A DNA stretch of 64,000 bases, taken from assembly GCA_001000675.1 (NCBI GenBank), contig LCHW01000001.1, forward strand, positions 360,875-424,874, read 5' to 3'. This document shows positions 18,238-27,040 of the stretch, piece after piece (positions within the stretch are counted from its first letter, which is position 1; each line of letters opens with the position of its first letter). Below the pieces are notes generated by a model. It had not been told where the DNA came from and ran no database searches. It saw only the letters and a list, made by a program, of their open reading frames with translations. Source of the stretch: Candidatus Wolfebacteria bacterium GW2011_GWE2_44_13 (GTDB lineage: Bacteria > Patescibacteriota > Minisyncoccia > UBA6257 > UBA9933). The position numbers and the translations under genes were made by a program.

Positions 18238-20010
18238 ATGGAACTCATATTTTTTATTGGGGTAATCGTGCTATTATTTCTCGTGGTTAACTTGAGGGGG
18301 CGGGTAAGTCGCCTCGAACAGCTTAGTGAAACGCGTTCCGCAGTACAGTCGCCAGCTCAATCGCAGGCATATCGGGAACAGGTTTCTCAGGTTCAGGTAT
18401 CTGCTCCGATAGAGCTTTCATCCCAGTCAACGCCCCAAGAAATGCAACAGTTTAATGTTATGTCTTCAACGACGGAGCCTGATGCTTTGGGTCGTCTAGG
18501 TGATTGGCTCAAAGAGGATTGGCTTTTAAAGCTTGGGGCATTTTTGCTCCTCATTGGATTTGGATGGTTAACAACGTACGCGTTTCTTAACAACTGGATT
18601 GGGCCAATGGGGCGCATTGTTCTTGGTATTATGGCGGGCGTTGTCATTTTGTCCTTCGGATGGTTCCGTATCAAATCGTATCTGCATCAAGGCGGTATCT
18701 TTCTTGTACTCGGATCTACGACGATCTTACTGACAATCTTTGCTGCGCGAGGAATGTATGATTTCTTTACGCCGCTTGCAGCGCTTATCGTTATGTTCTT
18801 AAGTACCGCGTTTGTTGCGCTTGCCAGTGTAAAATATAAGAGTCGTTCACTTGCTCTCTGTAGCTTGATTCTTGCTGGTATTGCACCACTTCTTACTAAT
18901 TCGCCAACAACCGATTATATCGGTCTCTTCGCATATCTGCTTGCCGTTATTCTTGGCGCTATTTGGATTACTGTCCTTACTGGACATCGAGAATTAACAT
19001 TAGCTTCGCTTTGCGTTATTGCGTTGTATAGCTTGCCCCATTTGATGATGATGACGCAGTCAGATAAAGGAGTCTTGTTGCTCTTTGCGTATGCGTTTGC
19101 CGGCATTTTCTTTATCACAAACACTATCGGTATTTTAAAATCAAAAGAAACAGCAAAGGGGATTTCTGTTGATCTCGTTACGGCCTTTGGAAATGGGATA
19201 CTCCTACTTATGTGGATTATGGTCGCCGCGCCCGATGTATGGCGGAGCCTCATTATCTCGGCGTGGATGATTGTATTTGCTGTCGGTGCGTTCCTTACCT
19301 TTAAGGCAACAAACAAGCGCGAACCTTTTTATGTGTATGCGGGTGTTGGTATTGCCATGCTTGCTGCGGCGACGTCCGCTGAGTTGCAAGGAGCAACGCT
19401 CACGATCGCATATGCGATTGAAAGCGGGCTCGTGGCATTTATCACCTACCTTCTTTTGAAAGATATTCTTGTTGCCGAAAAGATGACGCTGCTCTTGATT
19501 GGACCCGTGTTACTTTCTCTTGGGAGTATGTCTTCGTATACATGGGCAACGAGCGTGTTTCATAAAGATTTCTTCGTGTTGTTTATCCTTGGATCGGTTT
19601 TGTTCGGGCTCGGATTATTCTTTATGCAGAAATGGAATGCACTTAATAATTCACCCGTTTCGTTGATAACGAGCCTGTTGTTGATTGGCGGATCTGCTTA
19701 TGCATATATTCTTATCTGGCTTTCGTTACATGCAGCGTTTACGAATGATGATATTGCCGCAATGATGTCGTTGGTTATCTATACTATCATTGGGTTGATC
19801 ACTTATTTTGCGGCTGCGGGAACCGACAATAAGGCGTTGCGTATGTATGGCGGATCGGTGCTGGGACTTGTCGTTGTGCGCCTACTGTTGGTTGATATAT
19901 GGAATATGGAAATCGCGGGTAAAATCGTTACATTTTTCCTCGTTGGTACATTATTAATGACTACTGCATTTCTCGGACGTAAAAAAACAAACACATCGGG
20001 GGTCGTTTAA
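18238..20010 (+). CDS. Polytopic membrane protein (DUF2339-like architecture).
   Basis: An N-terminal TM segment plus a Gln-rich linker, then roughly 14 predicted TM helices. Confidence 0.45.
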   Translation: MELIFFIGVIVLLFLVVNLRGRVSRLEQLSETRSAVQSPAQSQAYREQVSQVQVSAPIELSSQSTPQEMQQFNVMSSTTEPDALGRLGDWLKEDWLLKLGAFLLLIGFGWLTTYAFLNNWIGPMGRIVLGIMAGVVILSFGWFRIKSYLHQGGIFLVLGSTTILLTIFAARGMYDFFTPLAALIVMFLSTAFVALASVKYKSRSLALCSLILAGIAPLLTNSPTTDYIGLFAYLLAVILGAIWITVLTGHRELTLASLCVIALYSLPHLMMMTQSDKGVLLLFAYAFAGIFFITNTIGILKSKETAKGISVDLVTAFGNGILLLMWIMVAAPDVWRSLIISAWMIVFAVGAFLTFKATNKREPFYVYAGVGIAMLAAATSAELQGATLTIAYAIESGLVAFITYLLLKDILVAEKMTLLLIGPVLLSLGSMSSYTWATSVFHKDFFVLFILGSVLFGLGLFFMQKWNALNNSPVSLITSLLLIGGSAYAYILIWLSLHAAFTNDDIAAMMSLVIYTIIGLITYFAAAGTDNKALRMYGGSVLGLVVVRLLLVDIWNMEIAGKIVTFFLVGTLLMTTAFLGRKKTNTSGVV

Positions 20011-20025
20011 TTTTATTTTTATCAT

Positions 20026-21177
20026 ATGAAGCAAATACAAAAGGGAATAATTAGTATCGGCGTAGTATTAGTCGGTGTAGTGGCTATTTCTGCGTATGCA
20101 CAAGTCTCGAATAGTGATATTGTGAATGCGTTTCGGCAGTACAAGGATGTGCAAGCCGTGACGCTTGCCACTCCTGCGGTTGTAGAAGTTTCTTTTGATG
20201 GAGAAGTGATTGAACGACCCGTTTTTGCCGTTTTAGATACGACAACAAACGCCTTTGAACCGTCGTTCTTTAAGCAAGAGGTTATAGCGAAGCCCGTTTC
20301 CCTATCTATCAACGCTACCCCTACTGTTAACGGTCTTGGGGCCATGACTGACGGGGACGTGCGAACCTATACTAATTTTTTCTTGCCTGAAAGTACGCAA
20401 GGCTCGGTTCGTCTTGTTGTAAACGCCTCTACTCCGATTACGTCATCCGGATTCACTGTACTGCTCGGCGAACATGTTGCACTCCCGACCGTCGTAGAAG
20501 TGCGGGCAATGGTACAAGGTAAAGAGGTTATTGTTGTTGCAAATCAGCGTATGAATGGACAGACACTTCGATTTCCAAAAACCGTTGCAAGCAGTTGGAT
20601 TATTTCATTTACCTATGGACAGCCATTGCGCATAAGCGAATTACAATTTATCCAAGAATCTTCGGCGACCGTAAGCTCCGCACTGTTGCGATTTCTTGCC
20701 CAACCAAATCATGCATATCGTATTTATTTTGATGCTGATCGACAAGTACAGCTAGTTGTCGGCGAAGCGGGGAATCTTTCCAGTAATAAGGATGTGGTAC
20801 GAATAACAAAGATTGCTTCACAAAAAAATGCATCGTATGTTATCGCTGATATGGATGGCGATACTATCCCTGATGTATTCGATAATTGTGTTCTAATTTC
20901 TAATACCGAGCAGAAGGATGCGAATGGAAATGGACGAGGAGATATGTGTGACGATTTTGATCGAGATGGTGTGCTCAATAGTAAAGATAACTGCCCTGAC
21001 AATCCCAATCGCGATCAACTTGATGTTGATGCTGACGGGCTAGGGGATACGTGTGATGCACAAGAAAGTCGCATTACAGAGCAATATGCGTGGCTTCCGT
21101 GGGTTGGTATCGGGTTTGCCGCGCTTGTACTCATTGTACTGTTTGCCGTGACGGCACGATCGATGAAGAGTGAGTAA
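20026..21177 (+). CDS. Secreted/anchored protein with thrombospondin type-3-like Ca-binding repeats and a C-terminal TM anchor.
   Basis: Signal peptide. Repeated D-x-D-x-D-G motifs (DMDGDTIPDVFDNC, DANGNGRGDMCDDFDRDGVLNSKDNCPDNPNRDQLDVDADGLGDTCD). Hydrophobic C-terminus. Confidence 0.55.
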   Translation: MKQIQKGIISIGVVLVGVVAISAYAQVSNSDIVNAFRQYKDVQAVTLATPAVVEVSFDGEVIERPVFAVLDTTTNAFEPSFFKQEVIAKPVSLSINATPTVNGLGAMTDGDVRTYTNFFLPESTQGSVRLVVNASTPITSSGFTVLLGEHVALPTVVEVRAMVQGKEVIVVANQRMNGQTLRFPKTVASSWIISFTYGQPLRISELQFIQESSATVSSALLRFLAQPNHAYRIYFDADRQVQLVVGEAGNLSSNKDVVRITKIASQKNASYVIADMDGDTIPDVFDNCVLISNTEQKDANGNGRGDMCDDFDRDGVLNSKDNCPDNPNRDQLDVDADGLGDTCDAQESRITEQYAWLPWVGIGFAALVLIVLFAVTARSMKSE

Positions 21178-21190
21178 TCGTATAAATATC

Positions 21191-21217
21191 AAAAAGACGC
21201 CATACGGCGTCTTTTTG
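21191..21217 (+). terminator. Intrinsic terminator.
   Basis: aaaaagacgcc-atac-ggcgtcttttt. Confidence 0.6.
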
Positions 21218-21223
21218 AACTAG

Positions 21224-21303
21224 TGCCCAGAGCCGGACTCGAACCGGCAAGCCTTGCGGCAAGACATTTTAAGTGTCTCGTGTATACCATTCCACCATCC
21301 GGG
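21224..21303 (-). tRNA. tRNA-Leu (anticodon TAA), long variable arm.
   Basis: The reverse complement folds as a cloverleaf: acceptor GCCCGGA/TCTGGGC, anticodon loop CUUAAAA, variable hairpin GCC-GCAA-GGC, T-arm GCCGG-TTCGAGT-CCGGC. Confidence 0.75.
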
Positions 21304-21323
21304 CAGTATGAACTTTCATTGTA

Positions 21324-21397
21324 TGAGGCTCGGGTGGGAATCGAACCCACGTATAAGAGTTTTGCAGACTCATGCCTTACCACTTGGCCACCGAGCC
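21324..21397 (-). tRNA. tRNA-Cys (anticodon GCA).
   Basis: Reverse complement: acceptor GGCTCGG/CCGAGCC, anticodon loop CUGCAAA, T-arm GTGGG-TTCGATT-CCCAC, discriminator U. Confidence 0.75.
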
Positions 21398-21440
21398 ATT
21401 ATATCCATTAATACGTTTTGTATCAATGGATACTATCGGC

Positions 21441-21800
21441 TTATTCGTCGCTTTCGTCGAGATTACCCTTACGCGCCTCGTCAAGAAGAATTTTTTCTAT
21501 GCCCTGCGCCTTTTCCAATCCAGGATCGTATTCAAAACGAATATAGGGAATACTCCGGAGGGATAATTTTCTAATTAACAACCTTTGCAGATATCCAGCG
21601 CTTCGATCGAGTATCTTGAGTGCTTCCTTATGTTTATCAGAAGGAATAACGCTGAACTTTACATCGGCAAAGTCTGAGTCTTCGGAAAGTTTTACATCAG
21701 TGATGGTCACTAATGCGTTATCAAATTCAAGCTCGCGAACTATGAGCTTGGAAAGTTCCTCCGCTATGATATTACTGAGCCGTTCTTTTCTGTACTTCAT
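21441..21800 (-). CDS. rbfA: Ribosome-binding factor A.
   Basis: Start MKYRKERLSNIIAEELSKLI...VTITDVKLSEDSDFADVKF matches the RbfA pattern. It lies directly downstream of infB. Confidence 0.7.
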   Translation of the reverse strand: MKYRKERLSNIIAEELSKLIVRELEFDNALVTITDVKLSEDSDFADVKFSVIPSDKHKEALKILDRSAGYLQRLLIRKLSLRSIPYIRFEYDPGLEKAQGIEKILLDEARKGNLDESDE

Positions 21801-23250
21801 GTGATAATAAATCTCCGATTTGTATGTCGACACCTGATTCGAATACCATACCAAATTCCATAGGGAATTCAACTACGGTTACGTCTCGCTTCGATGACTG
21901 GAGGTTGGTCAACTTTCCTGTGCCGAGTGTTTCTTCTCCGCGCTTTACGGTTAACGTGGTGTTGTTTTTGATTGTTCCATTGATGATCTTTCCACCAATA
22001 ACTTGCTTCCTCCCTTTTTGGCTGTAGGTCGCCATAATCTCCGCAACTCCTAACGGGGCTGGCTCTTCGATTGCCTTGATTTCTTCCTCAATCGATTCCA
22101 TCAATTTGTAGATGATGTTTCCGGTAATGATGCGAATCTTTTTGATTTGCGCCATTTGCTCTGCGGATTTACTTATCTTGGCGTTAAAGCCGATGATAAT
22201 AGCGTCTCCCGATTCTGCTGCCTTTACATCGCTGTCGGATATTTCACCAACCGATTCTCCCATGATACGGATATTAACCGTAGTCTGGTTTAGCGATTTT
22301 ACAATTGCGGCAAATGCTTCTAATGATCCGCTTACATCTGCCTTTAAGATAAGACGCAATTCTGGATTGCCTGTCTCCTTGATGAGCGATTTCTGCATCT
22401 TGGATGGGATAATTACCGCTGCGGCATTTTTATCAAACACGGTGAGTTCAACATCTCCACTGGTGAATTCTTCACCAACCTTTGGAAGTTTATCAAAGCC
22501 CATGATAACAACAGGAGCAGATGGTTCGAGTTTGTCGGCGCGTTTTCCGAGAAAATCTTCTAATAATTTTATCTTTCCACACGCACTATTTGTTACAATA
22601 TTTTTTCCTGATTGTAATGTACCGTTGCGCACGATACCCGTTGCCATGATTCCGCGTTGCTTATCGAGTTTTGCTTCGAGGATGATACCTTCAGCGTTTG
22701 CACTTGGATCATAGGTAAAATCTTCAAGCTCTGCGGCGAGCAAGAGAAGGTCGAGTAATTCATCGACTCCTGTTCCTGCTTTAGCTGATATTTTTTGCCA
22801 GCTGATATTTCCTCCAGCACCTTCGAGATACACACCGTGCTGCATCAAACTTGCCTTTGTTTTTTCAATGTCTGCATTTGCTTTGTCGATTTTATTGATA
22901 GCAACAACAAACGGCGTCTTGCTCGAGATTAGTGTTTCAATAGATTCTTTTGTTTGTGGTTGCACGCCATCGTCTGCGGCAACAACAAGAATAGCGAGGT
23001 CGGCTACATGTGCGCCTCGGGTGCGCATATGGGTAAACGCTTCGTGCCCTGGGGTGTCGATGAAGGTCATCTTTTTCCCGCTGTGTACGATTTCATATGC
23101 ACCAATTGCTTGTGTGATGCCTCCGGCTTCACGCGCAGCTATCTGCGTCTTCTTGATAGTGTCGAGCAGGGTTGTTTTGCCGTGGTCTACGTGACCCATG
23201 ACAACAACAATCGGGGGGCGAGGGAGGAGTTTGTTTTTTGAATTTGGCAT
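21772..23250 (-). CDS. infB: Translation initiation factor IF-2 (short form: G-domain plus C-terminal domains only).
   Basis: G1 motif VVVMGHVDHGKTTLLD, then DTPGHEAF and NKID motifs, and IF-2 C-terminal beta-barrel domains. Confidence 0.85.
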   Translation of the reverse strand: MPNSKNKLLPRPPIVVVMGHVDHGKTTLLDTIKKTQIAAREAGGITQAIGAYEIVHSGKKMTFIDTPGHEAFTHMRTRGAHVADLAILVVAADDGVQPQTKESIETLISSKTPFVVAINKIDKANADIEKTKASLMQHGVYLEGAGGNISWQKISAKAGTGVDELLDLLLLAAELEDFTYDPSANAEGIILEAKLDKQRGIMATGIVRNGTLQSGKNIVTNSACGKIKLLEDFLGKRADKLEPSAPVVIMGFDKLPKVGEEFTSGDVELTVFDKNAAAVIIPSKMQKSLIKETGNPELRLILKADVSGSLEAFAAIVKSLNQTTVNIRIMGESVGEISDSDVKAAESGDAIIIGFNAKISKSAEQMAQIKKIRIITGNIIYKLMESIEEEIKAIEEPAPLGVAEIMATYSQKGRKQVIGGKIINGTIKNNTTLTVKRGEETLGTGKLTNLQSSKRDVTVVEFPMEFGMVFESGVDIQIGDLLSHEVQKRTAQ

Positions 23251-23475
23251 GGCGGAAAAAGGTTAAATGATGGCTCGAGAATGACGATGGAATCGAGTGC
23301 GAAGTGAGTAGTATGCATAAATGCTTACTTTTTGCACCCATGTTTCCGTACTATACCAAAAAAAGCCACAAAACGCAAGCAGAATCATTGTTTACCTTTT
23401 GATATAGTTGGGGTATTGTAGAGGCAGTATTTTATCGACAACCCATATAAAAGCGCGATTGCGCGGGAGGTTCAC

Positions 23476-24051
23476 ATGTCTAGTCTTAGCAAGGAAAAGA
23501 AAGTATTCGGAATGGCTGTGTTGCCCACACTTTTTCGGGAGTTGCGTGACGTCAGCCACCAGGAAGCGATACTAGCCTCCATCTTCGATGCGTTGTTTTG
23601 GCAGATCCGGCTCACGTTGCTGGACCCCCATTCGATCCGTCGGATTGGCATCACTCGGTTTCATTCGGACGAGGCCCAGTATCGGGTCATGGAGCGGCCT
23701 AACTCGGAGAATACTTCGTCGCTCAGATTCGCGACCATTTCCATACAATGGACCAATGTGAACAAAAACAGCTACGAGGGGGTTGACCCGTTGATTTGCG
23801 ACCGCCTTCCCGATCGGGGGATGATGCCCCCGGGACCGATGTTTATGGCTAAAGGCTTGGTAATCGAGGGTGATGCGGATTTTGTCAATTTTCTCTACAC
23901 GAGCTTCTTAACATTTCCTAGCGAAGAATATGGAGGTCTTGACCTGCTCGCATTGTTGAAGCAGTTGGCACGCGAGCGGCTCGTTGATCAGCCGCATGCG
24001 GGTATTTCTCTGCAAATCCCCGTTGCCAGATTTTATGACATTACTCCGTAA
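23476..24051 (+). CDS. Hypothetical protein; GC-elevated.
   Basis: 191-aa ORF in a GC-richer patch with its own terminator. Confidence 0.4.
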   Translation: MSSLSKEKKVFGMAVLPTLFRELRDVSHQEAILASIFDALFWQIRLTLLDPHSIRRIGITRFHSDEAQYRVMERPNSENTSSLRFATISIQWTNVNKNSYEGVDPLICDRLPDRGMMPPGPMFMAKGLVIEGDADFVNFLYTSFLTFPSEEYGGLDLLALLKQLARERLVDQPHAGISLQIPVARFYDITP

Positions 24052-24053
24052 AT

Positions 24054-24084
24054 AAACGGCGCCCTGCGGGGGCGCCTTTTTATT
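24054..24084. terminator. Bidirectional intrinsic terminator.
   Basis: ggcgccc-tgc-gggggcgcc-tttttatt. Confidence 0.55.
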
Positions 24085-24535
24085 AAAAACGTTTGATAAG
24101 TACAATCGTGTTTTTATTATATGCTGGATTGATAGCAGGCTCGAGCGGATGTTCTACAACCCCTGAAAACCCATTACTATTTGTAGAATGAATCATAGTG
24201 TTATCTCCAGCATAGATGCCGGCATGACCGATGTACACCTTTCTTCCTGGAAATAATTCGTGTCGATAGTGTCCGATTTCTCCTTCGAAAAAGAGAACAT
24301 CTCCAGGCTGTGCTTCGGCTAAAGATTTAATTTCCTCGCCCTCAGCTGCTGCTTGCAGGATGGTTGATCGGGGGAGTTCTGTGCCGAAATTATGAAATAC
24401 GAATTGAATGAATGATGAGCAATCGAATGTTACTTGAGTATCGCTTGCGGGTTCTGTATATGCGCCGTATTTGTATGGAGCGCCGAGAAGATTTTTTGCG
24501 AAAGTAATGAGTTGCGTTGTTCTTGTATTTTCCAT
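24083..24535 (-). CDS. NlpC/P60 (C40) family peptidoglycan peptidase.
   Basis: Catalytic Cys context FDCSSFIQFVF and His context GHAGIYAGDNTMIHS. Confidence 0.7.
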   Translation of the reverse strand: MENTRTTQLITFAKNLLGAPYKYGAYTEPASDTQVTFDCSSFIQFVFHNFGTELPRSTILQAAAEGEEIKSLAEAQPGDVLFFEGEIGHYRHELFPGRKVYIGHAGIYAGDNTMIHSTNSNGFSGVVEHPLEPAINPAYNKNTIVLIKRF

Positions 24536-24542
24536 AGTTGTA

Positions 24543-25079
24543 TTATGTAATATTATTTGGACGAATTACGATGAACCGTTTTTTCCATCCGGCAACGAAC
24601 TTTTTTTGTGGAACAGTGCGAATGGCATATTTTATTCGTTTTGATTTTGGGTCAACAATGTGGAGGATTATCTCTGTAGGCGTTTTTGTGTATCCATTTA
24701 CAACCACAAGATGCCCTCCGTTTTTTATATTAAAATCTTTATGAATCGAGACAATAACTGGGCCCTTTTTTACATTGTTTAACAATACATCAAAACCTTC
24801 TTGTGGATCATTTTTTGCATAATCAAATCGTTCACCTATGAACCCATATTCCTTTGCAAGATCGATAAGCCCTTGATGCGTCCAACCAATACCCGCGAGA
24901 TAGGCATGTATTACTACGCCGCGGTCAATTAGCGTTTGGAGCGTGCCTTTGTGAATTCGCTGGGTATAGCTGTTCATAATCATGCACAACGAAGCAATGC
25001 CACATGACCTACGTTTCCAGAAATATGGTTTAATGTCGTGTGCTTGTGCGATAGGCGTGATTGGGTGATGTACTTCCAT
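24543..25079 (-). CDS. Papain-like (C39_2-like) cysteine peptidase domain protein.
   Basis: A Cys in the SCGIASLCMIMN context plus a downstream His region. The pattern resembles the Peptidase_C39-like fold. Confidence 0.45.
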   Translation of the reverse strand: MEVHHPITPIAQAHDIKPYFWKRRSCGIASLCMIMNSYTQRIHKGTLQTLIDRGVVIHAYLAGIGWTHQGLIDLAKEYGFIGERFDYAKNDPQEGFDVLLNNVKKGPVIVSIHKDFNIKNGGHLVVVNGYTKTPTEIILHIVDPKSKRIKYAIRTVPQKKFVAGWKKRFIVIRPNNIT

Positions 25080-25187
25080 ATAGTTGAATAATAAGAGTGT
25101 TTATTGTAAAAGGCAATTAAAAAAAGAGGGGTTTACAAAATAGACCATAATTTGCTACACTAACAAAACTGTGTTAACAGTATCTAC

Positions 25188-25261
25188 CGCGGGTTAGAGG
25201 AACGGTTACCTCGTAAGGCTCATAACCTTGAGAACTGGGTTCGACTCCCAGACCCGCAACA
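25188..25261 (+). tRNA. tRNA-Met (CAT); the acceptor features suggest initiator tRNA-fMet.
   Basis: 5' CGCGGGT pairs with 3' ACCCGCA, with a C1·A72 mismatch as in bacterial initiator tRNA. Anticodon loop CUCAUAA. T-arm CTGGG-TTCGACT-CCCAG. Confidence 0.65.
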
Positions 25262-25262
25262 T

Positions 25263-25301
25263 AAAAATAACAGCCACCTGTAAAAGGTGGCTGTTATTTT
25301 T
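25263..25301 (+). terminator. Intrinsic terminator.
   Basis: aaaaataacagccacc-tgtaaaa-ggtggctgttattttt. Confidence 0.55.
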
Positions 25302-25410
25302 ATGTTATGTCGGTGGGGAGAAGAAGGGTATTCTAAAAATATGAACTGCTTCATGTTTTTAGAAACCCCGGCGATGGGGGCGAAGCTTGTGCGAAGCGAC
25401 GGAGGAAGAG

Positions 25411-25428
25411 GACTCCCAGACCCGCAAC
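25411..25428 (+). repeat. 18-bp direct repeat of the tRNA-Met 3' end (att-like remnant).
   Basis: gactcccagacccgcaac is identical to 25243-25260, the T-arm 3' half plus acceptor 3' strand of the tRNA at 25188. Confidence 0.6.
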
Positions 25429-25440
25429 CACGTAAAAACG

Positions 25441-25474
25441 AAAAAGCACCCCGCTAGAGCGGGGTGCTTTTTCG
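25441..25474 (+). terminator. Intrinsic terminator.
   Basis: aaaaagcaccccgc-taga-gcggggtgctttttcg. Confidence 0.5.
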
Positions 25475-25508
25475 TTCACGCGACGAGCTGTAAAAAAAGC
25501 TATTTATT

Positions 25509-25530
25509 GTTCTTTTTTAAAAAAGAACCA
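25509..25530. repeat. A/T palindrome preceding copy 2 of the dispersed repeat.
   Basis: gttcttttttaaaaaagaac is a perfect inverted repeat. Confidence 0.4.
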
Positions 25531-25534
25531 AAAA

Positions 25535-25673
25535 TCACGAACCAGAAATATTTCGGGGTCGCCTCCAAAACGGCTGAAGCTCGGAACTCGCACGCTAGGG
25601 TAAGCGCGCTCAAACACCGAGCTTCTTCCGATATTTTTCCGGCGCCCTTTATCCGAAATATTCCCATGTTCGT
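25535..25673 (+). repeat. Dispersed structured intergenic repeat, copy 2.
   Basis: About 95% identical to 5423-5563, in the same orientation. Confidence 0.6.
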
Positions 25674-25782
25674 TGAAATTAATAGTTGGATTCTGGATAC
25701 CGGCTTTCGCCGGTATGACGAATAGCGCAGTATTGATTCGAGAGCCTTTCCATGATTTAATGATATGTATTCAAATTGAATT

Positions 25783-25854
25783 GCCTCTGTAGTTCAAGGG
25801 TTAGAACGGAGCACTCATAACGCTCAGACAATGGTTCGACTCCATTCAGAGGCA
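25783..25854 (+). tRNA. tRNA with CAT anticodon (elongator Met, or Ile2 by lysidine modification).
   Basis: Acceptor GCCTCTG/CAGAGGC, D-stem GTTC/GAAC, anticodon loop CUCAUAA, T-arm AATGG-TTCGACT-CCATT. Confidence 0.7.
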
Positions 25855-25859
25855 CATAG

Positions 25860-25893
25860 AAAAAGCGGCGACCTTCAGGTCGCCGCTTTTCGT
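25860..25893 (+). terminator. Intrinsic terminator.
   Basis: aaaaagcggcgacc-ttca-ggtcgccgcttttcg. Confidence 0.55.
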
Positions 25894-25905
25894 GACGGTC
25901 ACGAA

Positions 25906-26967
25906 TTAATACAGAAGGATTCGCGTTCCTTTGAACCGCGCGGACCTTTTGTCGAAGCAGTGATAGGCTTCGCCTGGATAGGCGATTGCGCCGTAGCCGT
26001 TCGAAGTATTAGTGCTACAGAACGGCGCACGTTTATTTTGCCAGCCTGCGTGCTCCTCTTGCTTGTGCAGGCCGAAATACAATTCGTGAGCTTTGTAGCC
26101 AGCATACTGCTTAGGTAGGTAGAATTGCCAGACAGCAATTTGTTCCTGCTCCTTTTTGGTAAAGCAGCGAAGAATGGTGGACTTTTTTGTGTAATAGGCA
26201 AACCCTAATCCCTTGCCCTCCACTTCTGTGGGCATTTTAGGATTATTGGGCAACAGGGCGCTCGTCTCAAATTTACGACATACTTCGTATTTCTTAGGAA
26301 GGCGTTTCTCTAACCCCCCTTCTAGCGGTTGATTGTAGCTCCGCAGCGTTCGAAGTAAATCCTCGCGGAATATAAGATCGCGGCTGCCGTATGCTCTTAG
26401 CACCAGCTCTTTTGGAACATCTTCGGCATTAAGCCATTGGGGTTCTGTTGGATGACTTTTTCCTAATACGGTAAGTGTGAGTTTTGGATTAAATATGACC
26501 AATGTGACTGGTACGGTTTTTGCAAGCGGATGAATTTCGCCAAGTATTCGATAGCCCGGATACGTAAGTGCCTTACGGATTTCGTACCCTGCAATCATAA
26601 ATCCATCGCGTTCTAATTGGGCAATCTTTCCTCTGATGATTGCCGTGGCATCAAGAAACTTTTTAAGTTCTTCTACTCCGCGGCTTGGTGCTTTCGGTAG
26701 GCCATCCGCCCCCTTCATTTCTGCGTCCAGTACGGCGAGAAAATCTCCACCACATCTTTCGCGAATGAATTTAAAATTGTCATCGCCGGCAATTACAACT
26801 AGCTTTTCCATTTGCTCATCCAAATCGATTACTTCAGGAATTCTGCTCATCGCCATCTCCTTTTGTGAGCGTCCTCTGAATGGTGCATTTCCCTGGAGAA
26901 ATGCGAGATATGTTCTTTGCGATGGACCGTCCATCGCAAAGCGTTCCCCTGGAGGAACCTTTTTCAA
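25906..26967 (-). CDS. Hypothetical protein in a tRNA-adjacent island; the start codon is uncertain.
   Basis: 353-aa ORF with several candidate starts and somewhat elevated GC. A possible PD-(D/E)xK-like motif (IAGDD ... LDAEMK) is speculative. Confidence 0.4.
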   Translation of the reverse strand: MKKVPPGERFAMDGPSQRTYLAFLQGNAPFRGRSQKEMAMSRIPEVIDLDEQMEKLVVIAGDDNFKFIRERCGGDFLAVLDAEMKGADGLPKAPSRGVEELKKFLDATAIIRGKIAQLERDGFMIAGYEIRKALTYPGYRILGEIHPLAKTVPVTLVIFNPKLTLTVLGKSHPTEPQWLNAEDVPKELVLRAYGSRDLIFREDLLRTLRSYNQPLEGGLEKRLPKKYEVCRKFETSALLPNNPKMPTEVEGKGLGFAYYTKKSTILRCFTKKEQEQIAVWQFYLPKQYAGYKAHELYFGLHKQEEHAGWQNKRAPFCSTNTSNGYGAIAYPGEAYHCFDKRSARFKGTRILLY

Positions 26968-27040
26968 GGTGCTACTGAGTTTCTAATTCAGTTTTAAACC
27001 GTTTTATAGTGGATGTCAACGTTTCTTTTATGCGGACTGA

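Noticed and set aside
21189-21574. Several short ORFs on both strands across 21.19-21.57 kb.
   Set aside because: The region encodes tRNA-Leu and tRNA-Cys (minus strand) and the 3' end of rbfA. The ORFs are frame artefacts.
22112-23241. Plus-strand ORFs (200 aa, 108 aa, 95 aa) inside infB.
   Set aside because: They are fully embedded antisense to a well-supported infB reading frame and have low-complexity Ser/Ile-rich translations.
25145-25163. Motif aatttg(g)ctacactaacaa shared with 42945-42964.
   Set aside because: There are only two occurrences and no flanking similarity, so it is probably chance or a promoter-proximal motif. It is too weak to call a repeat family.
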